Below, piece by piece: positions 28,723 through 39,319 of a stretch of 64,000 bases of DNA (position 1 is the first letter of the stretch; each line of letters begins with the position of its first letter). The translations under genes and the position numbers were made by a program. The DNA comes from Andalucia godoyi And28 (Eukaryota > Protista > Jakobida). The notes below the pieces were generated by a model. It searched no databases and was not told where the DNA came from. It worked only from the letters and a program-made list of their open reading frames with translations. Where the stretch lies: contig VRVR01000048.1 of assembly GCA_009859145.1 (NCBI GenBank), positions 165,763 through 229,762 of the forward strand, written 5' to 3'.

Positions 28723-30180
28723 ATGCCTCCAAAGAAGAAGGGTGGGAAGAAGAAGGATTCGCGGCCTTCGTCTGCGGCTGTTGATGGTGGGGAGTTGTCG
28801 GGTGGACCTACAGTGGAGTCTCTGACGGCTCAGCTGCAGCAGATGGTGGCGGAGAAGGAGCAGGAGCAGCGCGAGCGGAACTTTTATCAGCTTGAGAGAG
28901 ACAAGGTGACTGGGTTTTGGGAGATCACGAAGAAGGAGCTTGATGAGTTGCGGTCTCAGCTGCGGAACAGAGAGCGTCATGTGGAGGAACAGGAGGAGCG
29001 GCATCAGATTGAGATGAAGGTGTACAAGCAAAAAGTTCGTCATCTGCTCTATGAGCACAAGGTGACGATGGACAAGGTGAAGACGGACTCCGAGGTGTCG
29101 TCCAAGGTCGCGTCGGATGAGCATCGGTCCAAAGAGATTGAGCTTAAAGGAGAAAAGAGGTCGCTGAAGGAGGAGATGAAGGAGCAGGAGCTGTCGCATG
29201 AGGAGATGATCAGGAAGTTGCGCCAGGATCACGATAAGAACATCACGAAACTGAGACAGGAGTTTGAGCGCGAGGTTCGTGAGATCCAGAACAAGTACGA
29301 AAAGAAGATGAAGACGCTCCGAGAGGATCTGGAGCTGCGTCGCAAGGCAGAAGTGCACGAGATTGAAGAGCGTAAGAACGAGCATATCCAAGAGCTGATG
29401 TCGAAGCATGCAAAGGCGTTTGCAGAGATTAAGGCGTACTACAATGACATTACGACGAATAACCTGGATCTGATCCGGTCGCTCAAGGAGGAAGTCGAGG
29501 TCATGAAGAAGAAGGAGGCCAAGAACGAGAAGCTCATGTTTGAGATTGCACAGGAAAACAAGAGGCTATCGGAACCGCTGACCAATGCGCTCAACCAGGT
29601 TGAACAGCTGCGCTCGGAACTTGCAAACTACCAGAAGGACAAGATGAGCCTCAAAAACTCAAAGGCAAGACTGAAGCTCCTGGAGTCGCAAGTCAAGTCT
29701 CTTTCTTGGGAACACGAGGTTCTGCAGCAGCGGTTTTCCAAGGTCTCGGGCGAACGCGACGAGCTCTACGGAAAGTTTGAAAAGGCCTTGCTCGATGTCC
29801 AACAACGCGCTGGATTCCGAAATCTGCTGCTTGAACGCAAGCTCGAGTCCATCTCCGAGCAGCTTGAAAAGAAGGAGGCTCAGCTCGCCGAGGTCCTTCG
29901 AGCCGCGAACCTCGATCCGTCTGTCCTGGGCTCCGTCACCGCCAAGCTGGAAGAAATTCTCGAGGGCAAGAACAGACTTATCCGCGATATGCAGTACGAA
30001 ATCGCAAAGCTCTCCAAGGCACAGCACGACATGGTCCACGTCTTTGAAGGAAAGCTCCGCGAGTTTGGCATTCCCCCCGAGGAAGTCGGCTTCCAACCCG
30101 TGTTGCCGTCCGCCGACATCCAAGCGGACTTGCCACGACCCGGCGGCGGTCCTGCCGGCCTCGTTGCCGCCTCCAGTTAA
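28723..30180 (+). CDS. DRC4: Dynein regulatory complex subunit 4 (GAS8)
   Basis: MPPKKKG start, ERNFYQLERDK..FWEITK, HQIEMKVYKQKVRHLLYEH, F.EIKAYYNDITTNNLDLIRSLKE. Confidence 0.96.
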   Translation: MPPKKKGGKKKDSRPSSAAVDGGELSGGPTVESLTAQLQQMVAEKEQEQRERNFYQLERDKVTGFWEITKKELDELRSQLRNRERHVEEQEERHQIEMKVYKQKVRHLLYEHKVTMDKVKTDSEVSSKVASDEHRSKEIELKGEKRSLKEEMKEQELSHEEMIRKLRQDHDKNITKLRQEFEREVREIQNKYEKKMKTLREDLELRRKAEVHEIEERKNEHIQELMSKHAKAFAEIKAYYNDITTNNLDLIRSLKEEVEVMKKKEAKNEKLMFEIAQENKRLSEPLTNALNQVEQLRSELANYQKDKMSLKNSKARLKLLESQVKSLSWEHEVLQQRFSKVSGERDELYGKFEKALLDVQQRAGFRNLLLERKLESISEQLEKKEAQLAEVLRAANLDPSVLGSVTAKLEEILEGKNRLIRDMQYEIAKLSKAQHDMVHVFEGKLREFGIPPEEVGFQPVLPSADIQADLPRPGGGPAGLVAASS

Positions 30181-30259
30181 TGAAGCACAGCAAAGCAAGA
30201 TAAGCGTAAAAAAAAAAATAAATAGTGTAGATATATACTGCATTTTTTTCCTTCTTCTT

Positions 30260-32070
30260 TCTTTGTTGTCCACAACTCCCTCGGCATCTCCAGTCCGTGT
30301 TCAATCTGATCATCAACTCTGCATCTAACAAGTCAAAGGAGATATTGTGTCTTCCGTCGACGAACCGGCCTTGATCGGAGAAGGTGCGTTCCACATCGGC
30401 CTGAGTGCAGCCGACTTCTGTTAAAGCTAACACAGGACCAGAGCTATCAGAACATCCCGGTTTAAAGCTGCAGTCCAAAAGGAGACGAAATCATTCTCGT
30501 ATTCTTCCAAACAGCCGAATGCATTCGAACGCATCCTATACTCCGCCAGTTCACGTTCCCACCTGTGCCTTGATTTCCGCTCGTCGTTCTGAAAGCACAG
30601 AAGAAGGCGGGTCCTCTTTTTTAAGAGAAAATTCTAGACAAAAATCGACAGTTTTCCTAAAAGCAGTCGCTTCCAAACCCGCAATATTGAGATCTCTGCG
30701 CTTCACTGGATCCAGAAATGCAAGAATTGTAGACAATAATGAATGATTCAGGTTTGAACTCCAGCAGGAGGTACAGGCATTGGTGACCGCATTGCAGAGA
30801 TGTATCGTCAGGGGATCCTGGGAAGCATTTCGGATCTCTGTGACCTCACGACCTGCTTTCGGGAAGACGTCCCACAGAGAAATCGCCTGAAAAGCATCGG
30901 CTTGCACGGCGTCCGTAGCGCAAGCAAAGGGTTTCATCGCAGTGCAAAAGGCGGTCAACTTGTTCTTCCAGTCTTCCGAACAGATTTGATTGGCTACGGA
31001 GGTACCACCCATTGCACTGGAGTATGCGTTCCAGCGATCAAGAACACGCCTTGCAGCGTTATAGTGAGAGTTCCAGCGAACATCAACGCGCTTGACAATC
31101 CTCAAAGGAGTTGTGGCAGGCTGCATCACCTGCATCGCATGAAAAATCTTTGCAACCTCCTGTTGTCTGAATGGCGCAAGAGAAGCTGACATCTGGTGCA
31201 TGAAGTCAGGGATCTGCTGGGTAACTGCATCCTTCACAATCAGTTGAATCGAGTGTGCAGCACAACGCATGAAAAATGCCCATGGGCGAAATTGTGAAAC
31301 GTAAGATTCAATACCGCGAACGAAATCAGCTCCGTTGTCAGAAACAAAATGAAACCACTACCACCTTGTCACCGCGCTCGATATCCTCGACAATCTGTAT
31401 TAGGATAGCACAGATCCCGTCTCCTGTTAGCGACTCTGTCAATAGAAGACCTTGTAATAGTACGATTGGTTTCCAGAAACAACGCAGAATGCAGCCACGA
31501 TCCGTTTGTGTTGCCAACCTGGGTTGAATCGCACATGAGACAAGCAGCGTAAGAGCTCTTCACAATTCGCTGGACCTCAGACCGCACTTCAGCTGCTAGA
31601 TTCAGGACTTCGGTCTTCACTGTCTGTTCCGACACGTGCACACCAAACGCTTGTCTGAAAGACTCGTTTCGCAAAATCTTGTAAGACAAGTGGTTGTCGG
31701 CAAAAGCAAACGCAATCAGTGTTTTTCCCTTCCGCTTGATTCTTCTTCATTCGCTCAAACAAAGTCGGTAAATTGGAAGACGAACCAGAAGGACCACTCG
31801 CTGATTCGGCAGGAGGAGACATTGCATGTGCATGCTGCAAATGATAGGCACAATTGGAAGTTTGGAAACGAATTTAGTGAGTCTTTTCATCATGTGCGCA
31901 CAGCAGGCATCGAGCTTGTTTTTCACCATTTGCAACGAAATATGACGCCACCTAGGAACGGCATTTGCCGACTACCTTGAATCCTTCCGTTGCCAGAAGA
32001 GGCGTGAGTGTTTTCTTTCGATCGGCAGTCAACACAGACATTTGAGAACGGCGGCGAGGAGTCAAACACT
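30260..32070 (-). pseudogene. Degenerate hAT transposase (second, divergent family)
   Basis: Pieces spread over shifting frames: BED finger S*VASYF...ARCLLC...TSNCAYHLQHAH (two in-frame stops), LIAFAFADNHLSYKILRNESF, CLMCDS, RCAAHSIQLIVKD, DVRWNSHY, and CTQADVERTFS...ELMIRLN. No TIR/TSD seen. Confidence 0.85.
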
Positions 32071-32304
32071 GATAACCCAAGAGCATGTCAGCAGAGATGA
32101 AGGGTCAAGGGAAGAGCTTGGCGGAATGCGGCGGGACTCGGCGGCATCAGGATCTGATGAGTGGCTGATGCAATCCAAGCATCAAGCCTATAACAACCAA
32201 TAAACCGAGTGTTGCTCCGAAGTCTCGAGTTTACTTTGTCCTCCGACTTTAGAGTGCAAGCGTTGCCGTTCAGAAGCTACAAGGGGTACGTCCAAAGAGA
32301 AAGA

Positions 32305-32349
32305 TAGATATATAGGTATATAGGTATATAGGTAGATAGACAGAGAAAG

Positions 32350-32395
<46 letters not shown>
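32305..32395. repeat. (TATAGG)n, (GAAA)n and (GA)n simple repeats
   Basis: Visible directly upstream of the Erv gene. Confidence 0.8.
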
Positions 32396-32396
<1 letters not shown>

Positions 32397-32887
32397 TGGT
32401 TGTCGTGTCTGCACCGCCGTTGCTGACACAGCGGAATGTACTGTCTGCGGTTGCCGGGGTATGCTTGTTCTTTTTGTTCTTGTACCACATGACAAGCTCT
32501 CCGACGCAGCGCGGACCTGTTAGGACATACGACGGCGGAGTCGACATTGTGCGGAGGAAGTCTCCGCCGACGAAACAAGAGCTGGGAAGAGCTGCGTGGA
32601 TGCTGATGCACTCCATTGCTGGAAACTTCGATGACGAACCAACTGTAGAGCGAAGAGATGCGGCCCAGTCCTTCGTCAGAGGGCTCTTGGAGCTCTTTCC
32701 ATGCTCGGTCTGCTCCGACGACTTCAAAGAGCGCATCCTCACCAAATACCCAATCGATGTTTCGTCAAGACGGGCGTTCTCTCTGTGGACGTGCAAAGTC
32801 CACAACGAAGTCAACGGCAAGCTCAACAAGCCCCTCGTGCCGTGCGAGCACTTTGACCGATTCTATCTCGGCATCGGGGAGCACTGA
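32396..32887 (+). CDS. Erv1/Alr-family FAD sulfhydryl oxidase, Erv2-like (N-terminal TM anchor)
   Basis: ELGRAAW.LMH, FPCSVCSDDF (CxxC), W.CKVHNEVNGKLNKP..C; hydrophobic N-terminal segment. Confidence 0.92.
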
Positions 32888-33348
32888 AAAGCAGCACCCG
32901 TCCACCTCCTCCCCACAATGCCGAGACGCCCCTCTCTTGCCCGTGTCTTGTTCGCAGAAACTCCTTTTTTCTCTTATCTTTTCCTTCCTCGAGGCCGAGT
33001 GGCAGTTCCCACCTGCTGTATCGCCACGGTCCCTCCCCCAAGTGGCTTCCGTAATTAGCCGTTTGTTAAAGCGGAAAAGGAAAGGAAAAGGAGATGCGAC
33101 AAAAGAAAATGTCCGGCAGTCCCAACCCTTGCCTAGGGTTTCCGCACATGCATGCCTACGTCCCCCTCTCTCTGTAAAAAAGCCAGGGGTAGGAAACACG
33201 ACGATAATTCAAAAGGATTTTTCTCTCTTCTTCTGTTGTTTTCGATTTTATTTTTTATATTTTCTTTTTTCTTTGAGCAAAAGTGTTCTTTGATACGTAC
33301 TTTTGCCGTCGGTGCTCTGCAGATCCTTTCCAAGATTGAATAGACGAA

Positions 33349-34486
33349 ATGAGCTCCAACATCAAGGCACTCCAGATTACCGAAGATGATGCCCAGCGCA
33401 TGCTTGCATCGCAGGTCCACCTTGGATCGAAGAACGTGAACCCGGACATGGCACGCTACATCTACTCTCGCCGCGGAGATGGAGTGCACGTCTTCCACCT
33501 TGCGCGTACTTGGGAGAAGCTCTTGCTTGCCGCCCGCATCATTGTCGCCATCGAGAACCCCGCCGAAATCGCAGTTGTCTCGTCGCGTGCGTACGGCCAG
33601 CGTGCAATCCTGAAGTTCGCAGCACACACTGGTGCCACCGCCATCACCGGCCGCTTCACCCCGGGTACCTTCACGAATCAGATCCAGAAGCGATTCGTCG
33701 AGCCCCGTCTGCTGATCGTCACTGATCCTCGTACTGACCACCAGGTATGTTTTTCGCCTTTCGCCTTTCTCCTTTCTCCTTTCGGCTTTATGCCTTTTCT
33801 TTCTTTTTCTTCCAATCCCGCTTTTTTCTTCTTTTGATCGAGATGCAGCTCTTTTCAGGGAGAGAGATTGGGGGAAATAATGTGATGCATCCAATTTTGC
33901 ACGTTAGGGCGATTTCTCCATGAGCACTACACCAAGATCTCTGATTTGTTTCCCGTTCTCTCCTTTTGTTGCATTCATTTCTCTCGCGCTGTCTTTTCTG
34001 TTGACTGCTGAAGAAAAAAGTATTGAACATGTTTACTGATTCTTTTTTTTAAAAATCATTGTTTGCTTCTGTTCTTAGCCGATCACTGAAGCCTCGTACT
34101 GCAACATCCCGACCATTGCCTTTGCCGATGCAGACTCGCCATTGCGCTTTGTCGACGTTGCGATCCCGTGCAACAACAAGGGTAAGTTCTCCATTGCACT
34201 TGTCTACTGGCTCCTTGCCCGTGAGGTTCTCCGTCTCCGAGGACAGATCCTCCGCTCCGTTCCTTGGGACGTGAAGGTTGATCTCTTCTTCTACCGTGAT
34301 CCGGAGGAGGCCGAGGCACAGTCCAAGAAGGCCATTGAGGGCCAGACTGCCGAGGAACAGCTCGAGGAGGAGGCCGCCGCCGCCGCCGATGAGTGGGCAG
34401 ACAAGGTTGGGGCCTCGGAATGGGCTGAGCCTGAGGGTGTTGCCGGAGAATCGTGGGCAAACGACGAGACTGCAGCCCAGAACTAA
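33349..34486 (+). CDS. RPSA: 40S ribosomal protein uS2 (SA); exons 33349-33744 and 34079-34486
   Basis: [50 protein letters not shown] spliced in frame to [14 protein letters not shown]...IPCNNKG. Confidence 0.97.
33745..34078 (+). other. Spliceosomal intron of RPSA (334 nt) hosting a snoRNA
   Basis: GTATGT donor at 33745, TACTGAT branch-like motif near 34037, TTAG acceptor at 34078; splicing restores the conserved protein. Confidence 0.95.
33872..33954 (+). ncRNA. Intronic box C/D snoRNA with two rRNA guides (U24-like D guide; snR72-like D' guide)
   Basis: 9-bp terminal stem GGGAAATAA/TTGTTTCCC (one G-U); C box GTGATGC 33882-33888; D box CTGA 33941-33944. Guide CACCAAGATCT is complementary to LSU AGAUCUUGGUG; guide TTTGCACGTTAG is complementary to LSU CUGACGUGCAAA (one G-U), ahead of a putative D' GCGA. 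Confidence 0.85.
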
Positions 34487-34634
34487 AAGGTGTTCAGTCG
34501 TCTTTTTTTGTTTTTGTTTTGCGTATCTGTATTGCTCTTGGTGTAAAAGAAAAGGAAAAAAAAAAAAAAAGGAATGAGAAAAGAATTGCAAGATTGTAAT
34601 TTCAGTTTCGCATCTTTTCTTCTTTCGGTTTATC

Positions 34635-36224
34635 TCATGCCAGAAGGTCTTTTGCAAACGTCTCATCAGCAAGCTGCACCTTGAACTTTGCGAGATCTAC
34701 CAACTGTTTCACAGCCGAGATCTCAGCGCGTCTCCGAGACAGCGCAGATTCTGCTTCAGCAACTCTCCTCTTCGCAGCCAGCGTCTCACTCCGGGACTTG
34801 ACTCGAATGTCATCATAGCATCTGGTCAGCGCGGCATGCTGCTCTGTACTTTCTGGTGTTGGCAGCTCCTTACCTTCTGCCAGCATGGCTGCGTACTCTG
34901 CGGCAGTTGCAGCAAGCTTGTTGTGCGATGGATGGGTTTCTGTCGCCGGTGGAGACAGTGGTGTGTAGGCCTCCATGGCCGCTGCTTGCGCGGTCGCAGC
35001 ATTCGCCGCCATTGCTGCAATGTTGGATGAAGAAGCCGATGCCGTCAGGGTTGGTCCCGATGACGGAATCACCGCCATTCCGAATCCATGGTGCTGCTGC
35101 AGCATCGGAATCGGCACGCCCATGGTCATTGGAATTGGCAAGTGCACAGGGATTGGCATTGGCACTGGCATGGACATGGGGACGGGAACGGGAATCGGCA
35201 CAGAAACCGATTGCACACCAGACGCAGGGATTCTGAATGGGTTGGCTCCAGTACCAGAACCACTGCTGCTGCTGCTGTTGCCACTCACAACCGTGTTATT
35301 CGGGGACGTAGCCACCGACTCGGCAAGGTTTCCAGAACTGCTGGTCATTGGAATTCCCAGCAAGGAAGACAGCGTTACTGTCCCCGAGCCAGATGGTGGG
35401 AGTCCAGTTGGACCTGCAGTGGAGACAGAAGCGGAGCCAGCCGCAGCCCCTGATGCGGCAGCAGAGGCTGCGGACGGCGCCGGGACAGCGGCTGTCGAGC
35501 TTGGAATGGGCTGGCTAAAAAATGGATTGGATGCAGAGCTATAGGCCGCCGTGGAGGACAACGGAGTGCTGGGAGCCGACAATCCGAGCGACGACGACGA
35601 CGACGACGACGAAGAAGAAGAAGAGGAAGTGGGTCCATACAAAGAAGCCTCGGATCGATCTCGATCTCGATCTCGATCACGGTCTCGGTCGCGATCTCGG
35701 TTATGATGATGTGAGTAATGGGAAGAAGAGTGGTAATCACGATCGTACCTGTGATCTCTGTCGTATCTGCCTCCATGGTGTCCATGGTCTCGATAGTGGT
35801 AGTCGCGGTCCCGAGAGTCGCGATAGTCACCGCGGTCTCTGTCTCTATAATCACGATAATCGCGGTCTCTGTCTCTATCTCGGTCGCGGTCGCGATAGAA
35901 CAATGACGACCCAGCGTGCCCATCTTTGTTCGCTGCGCTCAAGCTTGAAGCAGACGGCTGAGCAGAAGCATTCGACGCAGACAGTCCACTCGCAGTCGCA
36001 GTCGCAGTCGCAGTCCCACTCCCAGTAGCACTCGCAGAACCACCAGCTGTCGTCACGACGGCCGTAGAAGGAGTCGAAGCAGTCCCAAGTGCCGTAGTTG
36101 CACTGCTTGGAGCGGTGCTCACATTCGACGACGCGGTGGACGGAGGATGATCGCGTGCATAGTAAGGACGGTCTCTGCTGTCTCTACTGTCTCTGTGGTC
36201 ACGAAACTCCCGATCTCTCTCCAT
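34635..36224 (-). CDS. Hypothetical low-complexity protein with Arg-Asp dipeptide tracts and C-terminal coiled coil
   Basis: 529-aa ATG ORF; RD/RE/Y/H-rich block, Ser/Ala tracts, PxPxP segment; no family recognised. Confidence 0.75.
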   Translation of the reverse strand: MERDREFRDHRDSRDSRDRPYYARDHPPSTASSNVSTAPSSATTALGTASTPSTAVVTTAGGSASATGSGTATATATASGLSASNASAQPSASSLSAANKDGHAGSSLFYRDRDRDRDRDRDYRDYRDRDRGDYRDSRDRDYHYRDHGHHGGRYDRDHRYDRDYHSSSHYSHHHNRDRDRDRDRDRDRDRSEASLYGPTSSSSSSSSSSSSSLGLSAPSTPLSSTAAYSSASNPFFSQPIPSSTAAVPAPSAASAAASGAAAGSASVSTAGPTGLPPSGSGTVTLSSLLGIPMTSSSGNLAESVATSPNNTVVSGNSSSSSGSGTGANPFRIPASGVQSVSVPIPVPVPMSMPVPMPIPVHLPIPMTMGVPIPMLQQHHGFGMAVIPSSGPTLTASASSSNIAAMAANAATAQAAAMEAYTPLSPPATETHPSHNKLAATAAEYAAMLAEGKELPTPESTEQHAALTRCYDDIRVKSRSETLAAKRRVAEAESALSRRRAEISAVKQLVDLAKFKVQLADETFAKDLLA

Positions 36225-36567
36225 TCCAATATCTTCCCTAACAAACTCTCACAGAACCAAAAGCAAAACACAAAAGCAAAAGCAAAACACAAAAGCAAAA
36301 CAAAACACAAACAGAAACGACAGAAATTAGGAGAAAAAAAGGGGGGTCGGTGTCGACAGATTTCGACGATCGCTCTTTTTGTTTTGGGTTCTGAAACTTT
36401 TGCTGTGAACTACAGTAGGCACAGCACAGAAGCGCAGAAGGACAAGCCGAGGATGGTTTGAGCGTCGACCAGTTCTCGTGTGCCGTTGTTAAAAATTGAA
36501 AGAAGACTTTGATGCTGGTGGTTGTTTGCGGATTATCCAAAAGGAAGAGAAAAAAGAGAGGGGAGAA

Positions 36568-37058
36568 ATGACGATGAAGCTCTCGAGTCTGTTTTCGCAG
36601 TCTGCGCTGGACGGATCGCGGACGTTTTCGCTCTTTGGCGATGCTGGTGAGAATACGGACTTTGGGAGGCACGGGCTTCGAGAGGCGGAGGCACAGGGAA
36701 TGAAGGGAGTAGAGGAGGTGGCGGTGAGGAAGGCGGATCATGGAGTGAAGCCGATTGCATATCTGGAGCCGTCGAGCGTGTTCTTCCGCACGATTTCTGT
36801 TCCGTACCCAACACTCGACAAGTTCGAATTGCTAACGCCGGACGTCGCAAGGTATGTTCATCTCTGTCTTTTTATAGTTTGCACCGTCATTACCTTTTTC
36901 GTTTATTAATGATTATGTTGTTGTTGGTTTGGTGTGCGGGGGGCAGGTCGGAATTGAATCGGTTTGCGAGAAAGCTGAAGAGGGATCGCATGATGGAAAT
37001 CAAGAGGTTGCATCGACAAGCTGTGAAGCGGTCTTCCAGGCAAAAGGCCGAACGATGA
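36568..37058 (+). CDS. Small hypothetical protein with basic C-terminus; exons 36568-36851 and 36947-37058
   Basis: Intron GTATGT (36852) to GCAG (36946); splicing joins ...PDVAR to SELNRFARKLKRDRMMEIKRLHRQAVKRSSRQKAER*. Confidence 0.7.
36852..36946 (+). other. Spliceosomal intron (95 nt)
   Basis: Same GTATGT donor as the RPSA intron, T-rich body, CAG acceptor; removal bypasses the in-frame stop at 36907-36909. Confidence 0.72.
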
Positions 37059-37240
37059 CCAGTCTAGCCTCCCAGTCTTCGTTCATCAATGTCATCCATT
37101 CGTCACTCTCATCCATGTACATCCACACAAACCCCCACTGTCTCACACACGCATTCGGCACTGTCTTCACATAGCAATAAACACATGTTTTCATTTTGCA
37201 TATTTAAAATTTATAATAAATAAATATAAGCATATACATA

Positions 37241-37300
37241 CATACACATACATACACATACATACACATACATACACATACATACACATACATACACATA
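37241..37300. repeat. 10-bp tandem repeat (CATACACATA)x6
   Basis: Exact repeats visible. Confidence 0.95.
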
Positions 37301-37512
37301 CATACGTATATATATAAAGAAGCTGCTTTTTGTGAGCTGTTGTTTTTCTGGAAGGAAACTTCAACCATCAGCATTTTCCAAGGATTTTTTAATGCAAGTT
37401 TTTCCGTTGGTTCGGGTTTTCACTGTTTGCGTGGTTTTCTTTTCCCCAGTTGATTTTGCACGAACGAACGAACGGACGAACGAACGGACGGAGACTCGGT
37501 GCTTGAGCAAGG

Positions 37513-38922
37513 ATGTGGCGAGGGCGTATGTTTCTTCGGTCTCAAGTGCTTTGGCACGCACACCACGATGCACGGCTTCTTTCTTTACAGATGTCCGCAG
37601 CACGGCCAGCGACGGTACGAACATGCCGGTTCTTCTCTTCGTCGGCGGCGGGTTCTTCGTCACTGGCTGTGCTTTCAACGGGACTAAAGTGTCCTGGATG
37701 CGGAGCGATGATGCAAAACTCGGATTCTGCAGCACCGGGGTATGCTCCACCTGGGAGGGAGTCGACGTGCCAGAGATGCTATCAGATGCTCCATTACGGG
37801 AAGCACACGCACCGGTTTCCAGTCCAAAAACAAGAATTCGAGACGCATTTGGCTCGATTGAAAAGATCCAAGCGATCGTCTGTGGTTGTCCACACTGTAG
37901 ACCTGGTCGACTGCGAAGGGTCTCTGATACCGTACCTCAAAGACCTGGTTGGAGACCGCAACCCCGTGTACTTTGTCGCGACGAAGCTCGACGTGTTGCC
38001 GAGCCGCAATCGAGGCGAGTATTCGAATCGCATATCGACGTGGTTCAAGCACCGTGTGCAAGACCTGTTTCCTTCCTTTTCAGAGGACACGGATCGAACG
38101 TTTGTGGTTTCTGGACAGTCTGGCGAAGGTGTGCACGAGGCCTTGTTTCCTGCTCTCAAGAGATTCAGACGGGAGTGCGAGGATGGACCGTCCGATGTCG
38201 TGGTTGTGGGAACGACAAACTCGGGCAAAAGCACACTGGTGAACCATCTTGCGTCTGTCTTCGATACGTTTGCAAGCGCGCGCGAAGACCAGTCGTGGAC
38301 CCAGTATGACGATCCCAAAACACCTGGGACGGGATTTGTCAAGTCCACAGTCTCTGCACTGCCGTCCACTACTCTGAGTCTCGTCTCCAAACCAATCCCG
38401 AAGCGAATCGGTGGAGGCTTCCTGATCGACACTCCTGGGCTTGAGCGCCGCGACTTCCTGGACTCTGCGATTTCCGTCGACGACTGGGCCAAACTCTGCG
38501 TCAACAAGAAATTGGTTCCGCGCTCGTTTCATCTTGGTCCGGGCTCCGCACTTCAAATCGGGCGATATCTCAGACTGATGCACGTCCAAGGGCCAGAGTG
38601 CATGTTTGTGCTTATGGCGGCCCCTGCTCTGCAAGGAACGCTTGTCAAGCCCGAAGATCCAAGGAAGGCTGCTGCTGCTGCTGTCGGCTCCGTGGACGTC
38701 GGTGGAGCTGCAAAGGAACCCATTACCGAGTGCGAGCTTGTGGTTGAAGGCTCAGGAAGTCCTGTTATCGCAGCCTCCGACATTGCCATCCCAGGCATCG
38801 GATGGATATCCGTTGTCTGTCACAGTCCAGTGCGCGTTGCCTGCGAATCCAGGTTCGGAATTCGTCCTGTCGTCCGCGAATCTCTGACTCCTTTCGCCTC
38901 GACCTCCTCCAAGAAGACTTGA
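37513..38922 (+). CDS. NOA1: NOA1/YqeH circularly permuted GTPase, mitochondrial
   Basis: Zinc ribbon CPGCG...CQRC, G4 TKLD, G5 VSGQSGEG, G1 GTTNSGKS, G2 PSTT, G3 DTPG in permuted order; presequence-like N-terminus. Confidence 0.9.
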   Translation: MWRGRMFLRSQVLWHAHHDARLLSLQMSAARPATVRTCRFFSSSAAGSSSLAVLSTGLKCPGCGAMMQNSDSAAPGYAPPGRESTCQRCYQMLHYGKHTHRFPVQKQEFETHLARLKRSKRSSVVVHTVDLVDCEGSLIPYLKDLVGDRNPVYFVATKLDVLPSRNRGEYSNRISTWFKHRVQDLFPSFSEDTDRTFVVSGQSGEGVHEALFPALKRFRRECEDGPSDVVVVGTTNSGKSTLVNHLASVFDTFASAREDQSWTQYDDPKTPGTGFVKSTVSALPSTTLSLVSKPIPKRIGGGFLIDTPGLERRDFLDSAISVDDWAKLCVNKKLVPRSFHLGPGSALQIGRYLRLMHVQGPECMFVLMAAPALQGTLVKPEDPRKAAAAAVGSVDVGGAAKEPITECELVVEGSGSPVIAASDIAIPGIGWISVVCHSPVRVACESRFGIRPVVRESLTPFASTSSKKT

Positions 38923-39319
38923 AATCTCTAAACGCTCTCGCGGAGTCGCATGAGCATGTCTGCAATTGAAGTTACTGAATGTCGCCACCCTTGCCCGTAG
39001 GAAGAATGCATCGGTCCGCTGTCGCCGCGTCCTAGCATCGTAAAGCAGCCCCGTGGGAAGACGCCCCCAACCAGCAAGATACCTAGAAGCCCCAGCGATT
39101 CGCGCTGTCGTAGTCAGCAAGCAGCGATTGGTTCAATTGATGCAGGAAAAAAAATCAGCCGTTTCTTCCCGCAAAAAGCCTGCCTTTTTTCTATATGTTG
39201 AGAAAAGTTCTTTGATAGCTATTGCTTAATAGTTTGATTTAATTTAAAAACAAAACAAACAGAACAAAGCAGACAAACAAAAAAGACATCGTTCTGAGAG
39301 TAGAGTCGTGAGGTGTGTG

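Noticed and set aside
28594-29409. 271-aa antisense ORF over DRC4
   Set aside because: Shadow of a Glu/Lys-rich coiled-coil gene; Leu/His-rich translation with no independent motifs.
32188-32829. 213-aa minus ORF over the Erv gene
   Set aside because: Antisense to a motif-supported gene and extended by microsatellite-encoded LSLSL/YLY runs.
37241-37300. Regular tandem repeat considered as CRISPR-like or telomeric
   Set aside because: Head-to-tail 10-mer without spacers and not G-rich; a simple satellite.
38923-39300. GC-rich intergenic stretch considered as SRP, RNase P/MRP or snRNA
   Set aside because: None of the conserved motifs of those RNAs was found.
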